A DNA stretch of 64,000 nucleotides. Source: Lytechinus pictus. Its lineage: Eukaryota. The notes below the pieces were generated by a model. That model saw nothing but the letters and a program-made list of their open reading frames with translations, ran no database searches and had not been told where the DNA came from. This document shows positions 1-12,552 of the stretch, piece by piece; the stretch's first letter is position 1, and each line of letters begins with the position of its first letter. Made by a program: the position numbers and the translations under genes. The DNA is taken from positions 32,614,001 to 32,678,000 of the forward strand of contig NC_087245.1 in assembly GCF_037042905.1 (NCBI RefSeq), given 5' to 3'.

Positions 1-3000
1 TGTTTTTCATTATTTACAAATAATGATTATTTGTTTTTCATTATTTATAAATAATGATTATTTGTTTTTCATTATTTATAAATAATGATTATTTGTTTTT
101 CATTATTTATAAATAATGATTATTTGTTTTTCATTATTTATAAATAAGTATTATTTGTTTTTCATTATTTATAAATAATGATTATTTGTTTTTCATTATT
201 TACAAATAATGATTATTAGTTTTTCATTATTTATAAATAATGATTATTTGTTTTTCATTATTTATAAATAATTTGTTGAGTTTTCCATTATTTATAAATA
301 ATGATTATTTGTTAAATAATGAAAACGTCTACTTCATTATTTATAAATAATTTTTTCTAGTGCACAATTATTCTCATTATTTATAAATAATCATTATTTA
401 ATGTTCGAGTTTTCCATTATTTATAAATAAAGATTATTTGTTAAATAATGAAATATCTACTTCATTATTTATAAATAATAATTTTGTTTCAATATCCCAT
501 TATTTATAAATAATCATTATTTATAAACAATTTTTACAGTTTGCCATTATATACAAATAATCATTATTTATATACAAATAACCATTATTTATTAAATAAT
601 GCCATTATTTATTAAATAATGGAAAACTCGCTATAACATGCAAATGTGGGACCGCCCATGATATGAATATTCATGATGCGATTTCCTTTTTCGTGATTTT
701 TCTTCACGAATTTTTGTCCATTTCCTCTTCATAATGACATTTCTTGAAGCAATTTTCTAGGGATATGGTCTGATTGTAATATTCTTCATTTTCTATATAA
801 CTTCGTCTTCGTAGAAATATCAAAAAGTGTAATTTTATACGATTTTTCCTACAGTTCACAATCCCCATAGGCGCGCGTGTACGGTAGGGACAACCGGTGA
901 ATCGACGGAGTGCTCTTCATCGAAATACTACGTTGGTTGGTCCCCGGAAGTGGCGGGCGGAATTTAGCCCGAATCCTCGATGGAAGTCGATCAAGTGCAT
1001 ATGAGCTGAGAGAGTGAAATATCAGTGTACTTGTACAGGCCCTTCTACTTTTTATAAATATTTCTTGTTGCTTTTTTTGTTAAGTTAATTTTTCCTGGTG
1101 TAGAGATAAGTTTCAGTTCTAATAATGCACTTCAAATACATTTTGGAGTGTCTGTTTGGGGCGATTTCACCCTGGCCCCAAAATGCTCGCAACGACAATA
1201 CGGCCGGGGGCATGATGACCCCTAAATTTTTAAAAACTTATTTTTCTATTGAAAATTATCACAAAATTCACCAAAAGTGTGCACGAAAGCCTTCGTATTT
1301 CACTTTTAAAACTCCAAAAAGTGCCCAAATGACAAGCTTGGTCGCTTCGCTGTCGCTTTCAACTTGAGAATTAACGTTTACGCGTCTGCTTTGATATATC
1401 CCCCCCCCCCCCTCCTCCGAAAGAAATTCTGTATACGGCCATGCTCTAAAGAGCCTGGCACATTGATTTATGTATACTTTCATTTTCATTATTTTTTATC
1501 TCATTATCAACATGGCCTTACGCATAATTTTTTCCAGGGGGGGCGGGAGCAGCTAGGACGCGCGTAAACTTTCTCAAAAAAATCTTGAAAGCGAGACAGC
1601 GACGCGACCAAGCTCAAATGACAAGCTTGGTCGCTTCGCTTTTTCAAGATTTTTATGAGAAAGTTTACGCGTGTCCTGCTCCCCCCACCCCCCCCCCCCC
1701 CCCGGAAAAAATTCTGCGTAAGGCCATGATGATAATGAGATAAAAATAATGAAAATGAAGTATACATAAATCAATGTGCCAGGCTCTTTAGAGCATGGCC
1801 GTATACAGAATTTCTTTCGGAGGAGGGGGGGGGGGGGGAAGCAGACGCGTAAACGTTCTCAAGTTGAAAGCGTCGACACAGCGAAGCGACCAAGCTTGTC
1901 ATTTTGGCACTTTTTGGAGTTTTAAAAGTGAAATACGAAGGCTTTCGTGCACACTTTTGGTGAATTTTGTGATAATTTTCAATAGAAAAATAAGTTTTTA
2001 AAAATTTAGGGGTCATCAAGCCCCCGTATTGTCGTTGCGAGCATTTTGGGGCCAGGGTGAAATCGCCCCAAACGCCTCAAACAGACACTCCAAAATGTAT
2101 TTGAAGTGCATTATTAGAACTGAAACTTATCTCTACACCAGGAAAAATTAACTTAACAAAAAAAGCAACAAGAAATATTTATAAAAAGTAGAAGGGCCTG
2201 TACAAGTACACTGATATTTCACTCTCTCAGCTCATATGCACTTGATCGACTTCCATCGAGGATTCGGGCTAAATTCCACCCGCCACTTCCGGGGACCAAC
2301 CAACGTAGTATTTCGATGAAGAGCACTCCGTCGATTCACCGGTTGTCCCTACCGTACACGCGCGCCTATGGGGATTGTGAACTGTAGGAAAAATCGTATA
2401 AAATTACACTTTTTGATATTTCTACGAAGACGAAGTTATATAGAAAATGAAGAATATTACAATCAGACCATATCCCTAGAAAATTGCTTCAAGAAATGTC
2501 ATTATGAAGAGGAAATGGACAAAAATTCGTGAAGAAAAATCACGAAAAAGGAAATCGCATCATGAATATTCATATCATGGGCGGTCCCACATTTGCATGT
2601 TATAGCGAGTTTTCCATTATTTAATAAATAATGGCATTATTTAATAAATAATGGTTATTTGTATATAAATAATGATTATTTGTATATAATGGCAAACTGT
2701 AAAAATTGTTTATAAATAATGATTATTTATAAATAATGGGATATTGAAACAAAATTATTATTTATAAATAATGAAGTAGATATTTCATTATTTAACAAAT
2801 AATCTTTATTTATAAATAATGGAAAACTCGAACATTAAATAATGATTATTTATAAATAATGAGAATAATTGTGCACTCGAAAAAATTATTTATAAATAAT
2901 GAAGTAGACGTTTTCATTATTTAACAAATAATCATTATTTATAAATAATGGAAAACTCAACAAATTATTTATAAATAATGAAAAACAAATAATCATTATT

Positions 3001-3553
3001 TATAAATAATGAAAAACTAATAATCATTATTTGTAAATAATGAAAAACAAATAATCATTATTTATAAATAATGAAAAACAAATAATACTTATTTATAAAT
3101 AATGAAAAACAAATAATCATTATTTATAAATAATGAAAAACAAATAATCATTATTTGTAAATAATGAAAAACAAATAATCATTATTTATAAATAATGAAA
3201 AACAAATAATCATTATTTATAAATAATGAAAAACAAATAATCATTATTTGTAAATAATGAAAAACAAATAATCATTATTTATAAATAATGAAAAACAAAT
3301 AATCATTATTTATAAATAATGAAAAACAAATAATCATTATTTATAAATAATGGAATGTCGAACTATTATTATTTACAAATAATGAAGTATTACTTGGAAT
3401 TATATATAAATAATTAGAAATGATATTTTATATAATAGTAGTTATTTACAAATAAAATGTAAATTATATATAAATAATAGTTATTATTTAATAAATAATG
3501 ATTATATAACAAATAATTGTTCTATATAATATTGGTACATTCGGCGCCTCATA
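1..3553. mobile_element. Giant palindromic foldback-type element; left arm runs off the window start
   Basis: 1-1614 is the near-exact reverse complement of 1624-~3237, around a 9-nt spacer (1615-1623). Outer domains are ~32-bp tandem repeats (tgtttttcattatttataaataatgattatt-like). Right-arm repeats decay to ~3530, so the right boundary is approximate. Confidence 0.8.
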
Positions 3554-4570
3554 CTGCTGCTGTATTGAATCGCGTAATGTAGGCGACACTGCCAGAGGCG
3601 TTCCAGTTGTATAATATATTCAACTACTATGGGTGGTTCAGTATAGAGCGTTGTATAAAAATTCAAAGTTTTTACTGTTTAGTGAGAGACACAGATTGTA
3701 AACGAATTCATTTCTGGAACACAATTTTAATTTCTCATTCTACTGAGATATATCTGGACTTCTTATCCAGACAAATCGTTGACATAACCACGCATTAATT
3801 AATAACTACATACTAATACTCTATAAGAAGTGGCAGTCTATATACGATAAGAATTTTTATCAGCAAAATTCATCTTAAATGCCAAGTTTTTGACAAATTA
3901 ATAATCTCTCCGTACTTAAAGTACTCTACATTTTCATCACTCTTCGATGGCTTAACTTAGAATGTATAATGACATATAACTTTTTTTACAGATATATTAC
4001 GGCTTCAAATACAGAAGAAATGATGACAGCGTGCATATGATAAGAATCGTATCAGTTCAAAGATGTCACATTTATTTCATGCAATGCTGTAATGACAACG
4101 TTTCATATGCAGATCAGATTATTGATATTTCTAAATTCAGATAGATCCAAGGTTATTTGAATATGGAATACAGATAACATCGATCGTCGAATCATTTATT
4201 GATGAAGGGAGAATAAAAACCTTAGAAAAACTCATATGAGCATACTTTAATTATGAATTTATGATCGATGAAATAGGTCCTTTATAAGTAGTAGGCGTGC
4301 TGTAGTAAATGAGGCGTCATGTAGGGCGATGCAAGCCAAACTTATTCAATTTAAGATTAATATTTGGCAGTTTGGTTTTCTTTATAATTAAAATCCATTA
4401 AAAAAATCAGGAAAAGGAAACAATTAAACCTCCACTAGGCCTCTCTGCATATCAAAATCAAATACTAATTATGTTCAATTCAAATAAACATTTATTTTCG
4501 CCTCATGTAACACATTGAACAATAAATTGTTATACACCTTTTTCAACGTACATAATGATAATGAAAACTA

Positions 4571-4790
4571 GCATTGTGGCTCAGTGGTATAGGAGCGCCT
4601 GCCTCATGGACGGGAGGTCGTGGGTTCAATCCCCGGCCGAGTCATACCAAAGACTTTACAAATAGGGACCTTCTGTCATCTTGCCAGGCGCTTGATGAGA
4701 ATGGAGAACGGTAATAATAAAAAGTTATGCTATGTAGGGCCCGCTGGAAGAACAGCTTACAGCTGAGATTGGCTACCCTGGGTAAATAAG
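4571..4790 (+). mobile_element. tRNA-derived SINE
   Basis: A-box-like tggctcagtgg and B-box ggttcaatcc, then a body (gagtcataccaaagact...) ending taccctgggtaaataa plus a simple-repeat tail. Related copies lie on the - strand at 52833-53040 and 37088-37205. Confidence 0.8.
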
Positions 4791-5050
4791 TGTTATTATT
4801 ATTGTCATCATTATTAATGAAAATATATTTACTTTGAAAATCATATAGGGAGCTTTTTTTTTTCATACTCTGCTTTTCTCTGAAACAAGTTTCCCGAACG
4901 TCTAAAAAGTAAAAAGTACAAGAATCATATAACGACAATTTTCAACACTTTGAATCATGAACCCAGCACATGTTTCTTTCATTTCTTTCTCATTCCCACC
5001 ACGCGCTTTTGCTTATTTATTAAAAGTACATTGGGACATGCGATCTTGCT

Positions 5051-5330
5051 CACTGGCGGATCCAGGGGGGGGGGGGGGGAAGCCGGCCCGTGCCCCCCCC
5101 CCCCCACTTTCAGATGCAAAATTAAAATTTGTAATGTTAAAGTGCCGTCAAAACAGAAGTGTGCCCCCCTCCCTTTTGAAAGTGACGACCTTTTTTTTCT
5201 GCTTGTCAAATTTTGTTCGGGGACGAAATATCCTGACTTTATGGTTAAAAACCTTCTTTGTTTTTTTGCTTGTCAATTTTGTCCTCGGAAAAATCCCCCC
5301 CCCCTTTGGAAAATCCTGAATCCGCCCCTG
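5051..5330. mobile_element. hAT-type MITE with poly-G/C tracts
   Basis: TIRs cactggcggatccagg / cctgaatccgcccctg; exact 8-bp TSD atcttgct at 5043-5050 and 5331-5338. Confidence 0.85.
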
Positions 5331-6888
5331 ATCTTGCTTATGTGTTATATGTTTGCCATTATTAGATCAATAATGATTTCATTTGCTCACTTAAATTCAT
5401 TGTCTATACATGCTCTCCGAGTCATTTGCTTATTTATGATATCATTTCGCCTCGTTTTGAAACGTATTTTTATTTTTCAAACTCAATTACAAAATTCAAC
5501 TTTATTTTTTTTTTTGTATGAGTTACAGGATTCATGGATGTTAAGGCAACTTGAGGCCGTATTTTACTCAGCTTTTATTCGAATCAAAACAAAATAATTG
5601 TCATCACAATATTGATTTTGTGTGATTTCTGTGTAAATCTAATAAAATGGGTTGACAATGAATTCATTACAACAAAGGAGATATAACAAACATCTTAAAG
5701 TCCTTGGGTATTTTAATTTTATTCCAGCTATTGGTGTGTCGTTCATTTGAAAACATTTATAAATGATGTAGCGTGGGCCGACAAGGTACCTCATGAGGGC
5801 GGTGGCCATAAAACGACCTGAATCAGTCACCTTACTTGTTTAGGGAATGTGTTTGAATGAACTTTATCCCTTCTTGCAATGGAGCTACACAGTTTTATCT
5901 CTTCCAATGAATTAATACACCGTCACTAAACCTGTATACAATAAAAAAAATGTATAAATTTTGCGAATATTCTCTGTAATAATCTGGCTAACAGAAAAAG
6001 AAGCATATCATATTCATTATTGTGAAATATCGGGTGGGTGGGATCGGGGGAAGTTGCAGCGGCAGCACCTTTGTGGGCATTGTGGGAGGGGGGATACCGC
6101 CCTTGCCTCCTCCAACATTTTCTCTTGCCCTTCACCCCTATCCCAACTCTAAAAATCATGGTGCCGCTACTTGGACGAAACGCACTGTGTACGATATAAC
6201 TAAAGTTTAAGTAAAACCTTTAAAGATCGGACGAGATCTAAGCCTACATAATTCCTATGTATTCTTTGAGTGAAGTGGATCATTTCTGTTATAAAAAAAT
6301 GAAGAAAAAAAGATCAATAGATCACGCACTGACTCGGTCTATGTTAGAATAGTAACAATCCTCTTCATGGACTCGTTAAAACTAATATAATTCTATTCCG
6401 GTTAATTTTACAAAAAAATTCAGTCAAATCTTTTTAAAGTGTGATATTCCATTCCTTTAAGAATTATGTCGGTGAAATATAACCTACTTCGATGTGACGT
6501 CAATGATGTAGACCGCTTTGCCAGGAACCATTTCCCTCAATGAGCGAACGACGGTTAACCCCTTGCATCCAACAAAGCACACCCATGTGCTTCTTGCGTG
6601 AGAGAAAGGAAGGGTTTGAGTGGGTATGGACTTAAACCGCGGACAGTGAAAACTGCGTCAATAATTCCCTTCCTGTAATTCGCCTTAAAAGCTGCACGTA
6701 CGGACCAACATACATGTCCCCCGCGTTAACGGAAACAATTTCTCGATTGATATCAAAAGAGAAATGAAATGTATTTTAGGGATTTATATCCGCGATAAGG
6801 AAACTATTGACACCCCAACAAACTGGAGTTCATTGCACCTTGGGGTTTCGAAACGTGTAACACATTCGGGGAGTTTAAAGAGCATGGT

Positions 6889-6890
<2 letters not shown>

Positions 6891-6932
<42 letters not shown>

Positions 6933-6940
6933 TATATACA

Positions 6941-6977
<37 letters not shown>

Positions 6978-6978
6978 G

Positions 6979-7016
<38 letters not shown>
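6891..7016. repeat. Interrupted (TA)n microsatellite
   Basis: Directly visible dinucleotide run. Confidence 0.95.
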
Positions 7017-7019
<3 letters not shown>

Positions 7020-7387
7020 ATAGGTCCATGGTAGTAGACACCTATTTATGTAGTGTGGCATTATGTAATAAGGTCACACACAGAAAAACGTAATTTTCTT
7101 ATATAACGCTGTTTACTATATGAACCTTACAGAAGTTTAAATAAGCATTTAAGATTATAACCAACCATGCTTGATTTATTTAAGATTGAATATCAAAATC
7201 ACATTTTGTTGTTTAAGATTTTAAACACTTAACATGCTTACTTAAACGGTTAAGCAACTGCTGTGAATTTCATAAAAGTAAACAGCGTTGTATAAAAAAG
7301 GCTTAAAAAGGATTACTAGACGCATGATACACAGCCAAAGGCTAAAACGTGCAAATTTGAATATGTACAATAAAAATATAATAATAA

Positions 7388-7424
<37 letters not shown>

Positions 7425-7989
7425 TTATATTTATATATTTATATTGATGTATGGTACGCTTAAAATAAATTTGAAAAATAAATTGAGTAACCATTGATTG
7501 ATTATTTAACTTTATATCTGATTATAAAGCTTTATAACGATATTTTGGGTTCAGGTCTCCAATATGTTACATTAGTTTACGAGACCCTTCTCTTCCTCAA
7601 AGCTGAGCTCATCTGACCCACGGATTTTCTTTTACGTTTCTGTAACTCCAAATGAAAAAGGAAATTACTTTCCATCAATGGCTCAGATTACCTTGAAGAT
7701 AATTTTTACATATCAATTTTGAAACGAAAATTTCTTCTCTGTCACTTTCGGTAAATGCATATTTTCACTAACTAATTTCAATGTAAGTTTAACTGATGAT
7801 TTTCAATTATCTTGTATATTGATCATTGAATTACTCCCACATTCATTAGATAAATTCAACACATATTAATTCCTTGCTGAGGTAGACATTAATAAGAATA
7901 TTCAAAGTGTCTGTTTCAGGTCCCTTTCGAAGTAATTCCTAATATGAATTTTGTGCAGGCTTCAGACGCTATTATAATTCATCATACTA

Positions 7990-8734
7990 CAGGGTGTTTC
8001 TAAAAAAAAAAGGTAACCCCAGTTCAAAGGTCAACCATATCCAGAATACATGATTTATTCTTGTGATTTCTAATTCTCCTCAACTGAGTAACTCATCAAC
8101 TTAAATTTGACACCTAGCTTGTGTCACAATTGTCACGGCTCAAAGAGTTCTGCTCCTTCGCAGGCGAAGGGTACAAAACTTACTTTTCCAAGTTTTGGGT
8201 TTTAATGTACATGCACGAAACCAACTTTGTTGTAAGGTTTTAGTTTCATCATAGTTTTTCCCTTCAAATTTTAGTGCAATGCTGGGATGCTATCCCATCT
8301 TTTAACTATTTTGGAGTGACTGGCGCCTCCATATCAATTGCCTAGCTTCAACCTTCGTTGAGCAAGTTATTCATCCCTACCTTTTGCACCAATACCTTCA
8401 ACGTTTTCACAGTATATCCCCTGTCAACGCCACATGTCTTGCGTTGCGGGATTGTGACGAAGAACATCCATCTCATGACAAACATGTGCCTGCAAGTCAC
8501 CAAGGATGTGCTCAACCAAAATTGTAGCTAGACACGAGCTAAGTAACATTCTATACCCTTCGTCTTCGAAGGACCAAAACTCTCTGAGCCGTGACAATTG
8601 TGACGCAAGCAAGGTGTCAAATTAAAGGTGATGAGTTACTCACTTGTGTAGAATAAAAATCACAAGAATAAATCATTTATTCTTGACTATAGCTGACCTT
8701 TGAACTTCGGTTACCTTTTTTTAGAATCACCCTG
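7990..8734. mobile_element. Non-autonomous Tc1/mariner-type element
   Basis: TA|CAGGGTG...CACCCTG|TA termini with ~160-bp imperfect TIRs (7990-8150 vs 8580-8734). Confidence 0.85.
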
Positions 8735-9602
8735 TATATTATATGATCATTGTTCTTCGTTTCATTATTTCTGATAACTATCATCTGCATTAAAATTACT
8801 ACATCACTGTTAGAATCATATTATGATGCTCCTCACATTAACTTTCTAGTCATTTTCTTTATAGTATTCATTCTTTCGTTTTTCACTTTTTACAAGTTTT
8901 ACACTCCCTTGAATATAGCACCATTGACACTGTCTTACACTACTGACTAATAAACTAGAAATAACACTACAAAAATCATGTAGCTCCGTTTGGAAATAGT
9001 TCCTTCGAATATGGTACCTCATTGCTAAGATCCTCAAAGAATTATAAGGAAAATATAAAACTTGTACAACATACATCAATATCAAGATATCAAATCGGAA
9101 GATTGGAACTGATTGGGGCTGCCACATTCAGAGATTGAATATGAGACGAATGAATGGATAGGATTCTTGAATCTAATCAGGATAACCCCGTAGACGCACA
9201 TCCCAAAAGGGTTGTTCTAAACTGGTGCTTAGTATCTCCAGATCATCGTTCGAATTTTGATCATGCAAGATGATTATGAAATGTCATACTCTTCGAACGG
9301 CTCTTGTACTTTTAATTTTGTGCATCGGGTTTTCAAGAATGATTTATTTTGATAGTCTCGCTCTACATCTTCTTTTTGCTATCAAATCAGATCCCATTCT
9401 CTATCCCCCACCGTCTTACCTCACCCCTCCCCGTCCGTCTCTGTGTCTCCATCTCAATACAAGTTCAATCTTATTTTACGAAATCAATGCTAACACTTTA
9501 GTGGTGATCTCTCTTATGTGTAACGGCAAATTGAATTCTGTTCCCCCCTTTTCTTTCATATTTCCTCAGGACGGACAGGTGCTAGCAACCACTTCTTCCA
9601 CA

Positions 9603-12032
9603 ATGAAGGGCCTGACATTGGTTTTGATGATTAACGTGATTAAGGTCTGCCTGAACAATGGATTCCAGAGTAATCATGGTAATACACAACACACACAAAC
9701 GTGTGTGTCTGATTGTGAGACGAACATCCAGAACGCCAGACTGTCATGTGAGGGTCAGATGCTGCAGTGCGTACCCGACCCATGCTGCCAAACAGAAACG
9801 AGGCACCTTAACATGGCCAACAACCATCTAACCCATCTCAAGATTCTCGCCTTCCAGAGCTTCCCAAGACTCCGAATCCTGGATCTGCGACAGAACGCCT
9901 TGGCTAACATAGCACCGGGTGCTTTCAGCAACCTGGACCAACTGCAATTGCTTGACGTACGTGCCAATAAACTGCGTCACCTCTATGGTGGTATGTTCAA
10001 CGGTCTCTCGTCCATCCAGAAGTTGTACCTCGCCAACAACGAGATCGAGTCCATAGCCCCTGGAACATTTGCAGGCATGACACATCTCATCAGCCTGAAA
10101 CTGAACTACAACAAATTGACAACTCTGTACGCCAATATGTTTTTCCCGCTGCAGAGATTACAGCGTTTGTACATCTACGGGAATCGGATATCGGCCGTCA
10201 ACGAAGAAGCCTTCCGCGGTTTGGTAAATCTAGTGACACTGTCTCTCGCGGAAAATCCTTTCGTGACCCTTCCAAATATCTTACCATACCTACCACAGAT
10301 CACTCACATTCGGCTAGAACATGTCCGTCTCACCTGTGATTGTCGTCTAGAGTTCCTTCGGATGTGGCTCAGAGACAACCTTTATGAGGCCTATGAGAGT
10401 TATGCATTATGCCATGGACCAGAACATATCCAAGGAACCCCAATGTATCATATCCAGGAGCCTCTGCCATGTCCCACCAGAGAACGAAACCTTCCCATCA
10501 GTCGGGAAGTTAATGACCCATCCCATGCAGCCGATCCTGATGAAGCGGCGAGTCACACCTCTGCTCAACTTGAAATACATTCGGAGTCAACATCTGAATA
10601 TAGTGAATTTTTTGCTTCGTTTTCGGAATTGTCGCACGGATCTGTTTCTAAGACAAGTGTGACGTCAACTGAAGGAGGCATAAGCGAAAGCGTACACGGG
10701 AGTGGTACAGTGAGGGCTGATTCTGGTGCTTCCTCCACAGTACCCAAAACACATATCCCTATTGAACCTTTAACGCCTAGAGGAACACTATCGCCAGTTG
10801 TTACAACTGAATCACATATCGTAGCAAGTGAAGCAAGGAGTGCAGATGGGTTTACGCATTTCACACCACCAACAATGACTGAGTCCTCTCAAAAAGACAC
10901 ATCCAGAGGTAATGTTCTAGACAGTCCGATCGTAAATGAAACTGATAGCAGCTCAAGGGTTAATGGAAGTTTCAACGAACTTCCACGCCCTACACCTCAG
11001 GCGGGCAGTAGGAATCATCCAGATAGGAACAACGGACATCAACATGGTCATCGAGATGATTATGTTACTACAACGGTTTCGTACGAGACCACAGATCCGT
11101 ACAGATCTACCCCGACACCAGCGGAAATACCTCGAGGACCTCCTCAGTCCTGGGGTCTGAAAGGATCTTCTGTGACAATTCACTGTCCAGTCCATATCCA
11201 TAACATGAATGACTCCAAGATTAAGTGGCTTACGCCTCATGGCAAGCTAATTATATCGAATGTATCTCGCTATGGTATCACCAAGAGAGGTTCGTTGATT
11301 ATCAATAATCTGCAGGCGTATGACCACGGGACCTACCGATGCATCGTCCGTAAGGCGCTTAACAGTGTAAAAATGTTACCGGCCAGGTTGACTCTTGCAT
11401 GCCCGTGTCACGAAGAGGCACCGAAGAAACCATCATTTAAACCCAGTATCAACTCCTCCACAGAGCATCACTTTGGACAAGATGCGGATCCTCATCATGA
11501 ACACTCTCATCCTCCATATGATACCAAATGCAGCCCTGTACCAATGGTAGTTGCAATTGTGACAACCTTCCAAGCCACCGTAGCCCTTTGCGTAATCACA
11601 TTCTGCCTCTGCTGCTCCAAGAATCTCAACTATTCCCTGAAAGACCGGACCTGTACCGGCGTCCCCGAACCCATTGCGGTAGTTCGCACCCGCGGAAAGT
11701 TTAACACAAGATCTCGCGATTTCGTACAATCCGGCGAACCCACCTCGTCATCTGTTCTGAGTTCGGGTGGATCCGACTTCTACGAAGCACTCACCGATCA
11801 CGGGTTTTCCCCAAGGCAAGCGTCTTCAGTACGATCTTACGATGCGTATTATGAGTCGCATCCTGGATCGGAGTACGTGAACTATCGAAAGCCCAAGAAC
11901 TACATGTACATGGTGGGGTATATGGACACCGGGTCTGGCCGCAGGGCCGTAGGGTACAGGTCCTCCACAGAATCTCAGTGTGCCTCAATCAAGGAAATAA
12001 CCAATGAGAATATATATGTCAGCAAAGATTGA
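9603..12032 (+). CDS. LRR and Ig-domain type I membrane receptor (signal peptide, LRRNT, ~7-8 LRRs, LRRCT, S/T/P-rich stalk, Ig, TM, Tyr-rich tail), ~809 aa, single coding exon
   Basis: Part of ORF 9270..12032. A polypyrimidine tract and AG acceptor at 9568-9569 precede an in-frame ATG at 9603 (MKGLTLVLMINVIKVC). LxxLxLxxNxL repeats, LTCDCRLEFLRMW LRRCT, Ig motifs VTIHC...IKW...DHGTYRC, and TM PMVVAIVTTFQATVALCVITFCLCC. Confidence 0.9.
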   Translation: MKGLTLVLMINVIKVCLNNGFQSNHGNTQHTQTCVSDCETNIQNARLSCEGQMLQCVPDPCCQTETRHLNMANNHLTHLKILAFQSFPRLRILDLRQNALANIAPGAFSNLDQLQLLDVRANKLRHLYGGMFNGLSSIQKLYLANNEIESIAPGTFAGMTHLISLKLNYNKLTTLYANMFFPLQRLQRLYIYGNRISAVNEEAFRGLVNLVTLSLAENPFVTLPNILPYLPQITHIRLEHVRLTCDCRLEFLRMWLRDNLYEAYESYALCHGPEHIQGTPMYHIQEPLPCPTRERNLPISREVNDPSHAADPDEAASHTSAQLEIHSESTSEYSEFFASFSELSHGSVSKTSVTSTEGGISESVHGSGTVRADSGASSTVPKTHIPIEPLTPRGTLSPVVTTESHIVASEARSADGFTHFTPPTMTESSQKDTSRGNVLDSPIVNETDSSSRVNGSFNELPRPTPQAGSRNHPDRNNGHQHGHRDDYVTTTVSYETTDPYRSTPTPAEIPRGPPQSWGLKGSSVTIHCPVHIHNMNDSKIKWLTPHGKLIISNVSRYGITKRGSLIINNLQAYDHGTYRCIVRKALNSVKMLPARLTLACPCHEEAPKKPSFKPSINSSTEHHFGQDADPHHEHSHPPYDTKCSPVPMVVAIVTTFQATVALCVITFCLCCSKNLNYSLKDRTCTGVPEPIAVVRTRGKFNTRSRDFVQSGEPTSSSVLSSGGSDFYEALTDHGFSPRQASSVRSYDAYYESHPGSEYVNYRKPKNYMYMVGYMDTGSGRRAVGYRSSTESQCASIKEITNENIYVSKD

Positions 12033-12488
12033 TTTGAACTGTGCAAGAATCCAATCTAACAGACTGAGCGGCCAGATTTATTGATTTATTGCTGTTAATA
12101 TGCAGGGGTTGATGTTTTTAAAAATGTAACATGAATATTTAATTGAATATTACTCGGTATGCTTTTGAAGGGATGTAGTAACTATTCGACAATTTGTCGT
12201 GATAATGACCAGTCACCAGTGTCATACCTGTAATATCTCGCCAGAAAGGGCACGAAATTGTATGCAAATTTACTTTTTAAAAGGTCACTGCTATATCTTT
12301 CCCGTCAAACGTTTTCAAGTCATCAAAATTATTTCACGTGACAAGCTGCCCCATCGGATATGTGCTACTCTTGTCAATACAATCATCAATTAGTGAATGA
12401 TTTGTTTTTTCTTGAAAAAAATTATCCAGTAAGTCTTGCCCTTCACCTAAACAATCATCTCGAATCATTATTATATAAGTGCCTTATT

Positions 12489-12552
12489 GTACAGTATTCG
12501 ATGTTCTAGATACTAATATCGTACAGTATTCGATGTTCTAGATACTAATATC
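12489..12552. repeat. Exact 32-bp tandem duplication in the putative 3' UTR
   Basis: gtacagtattcgatgttctagatactaatatc occurs twice in a row. Confidence 0.9.

Noticed and set aside
1125..2019. Paired similar ORFs on opposite strands
   Set aside because: A consequence of the palindrome; no coding signature.
4571..4645. Functional tRNA gene
   Set aside because: Acceptor stem does not pair, no terminator, and it continues into a SINE body repeated elsewhere in the window.
4950..5597. 215-aa ORF
   Set aside because: Runs through a poly-G/C MITE and T-rich sequence; no recognisable domain.
6764..7497. YI-repeat ORFs
   Set aside because: Translations of (TA)n.
9270..9602. N-terminal 111 aa of the 920-aa ORF
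   Set aside because: Reads through intron-like pyrimidine-rich sequence ending in an AG acceptor at 9569; the signal-peptide-like start is ATG 9603.
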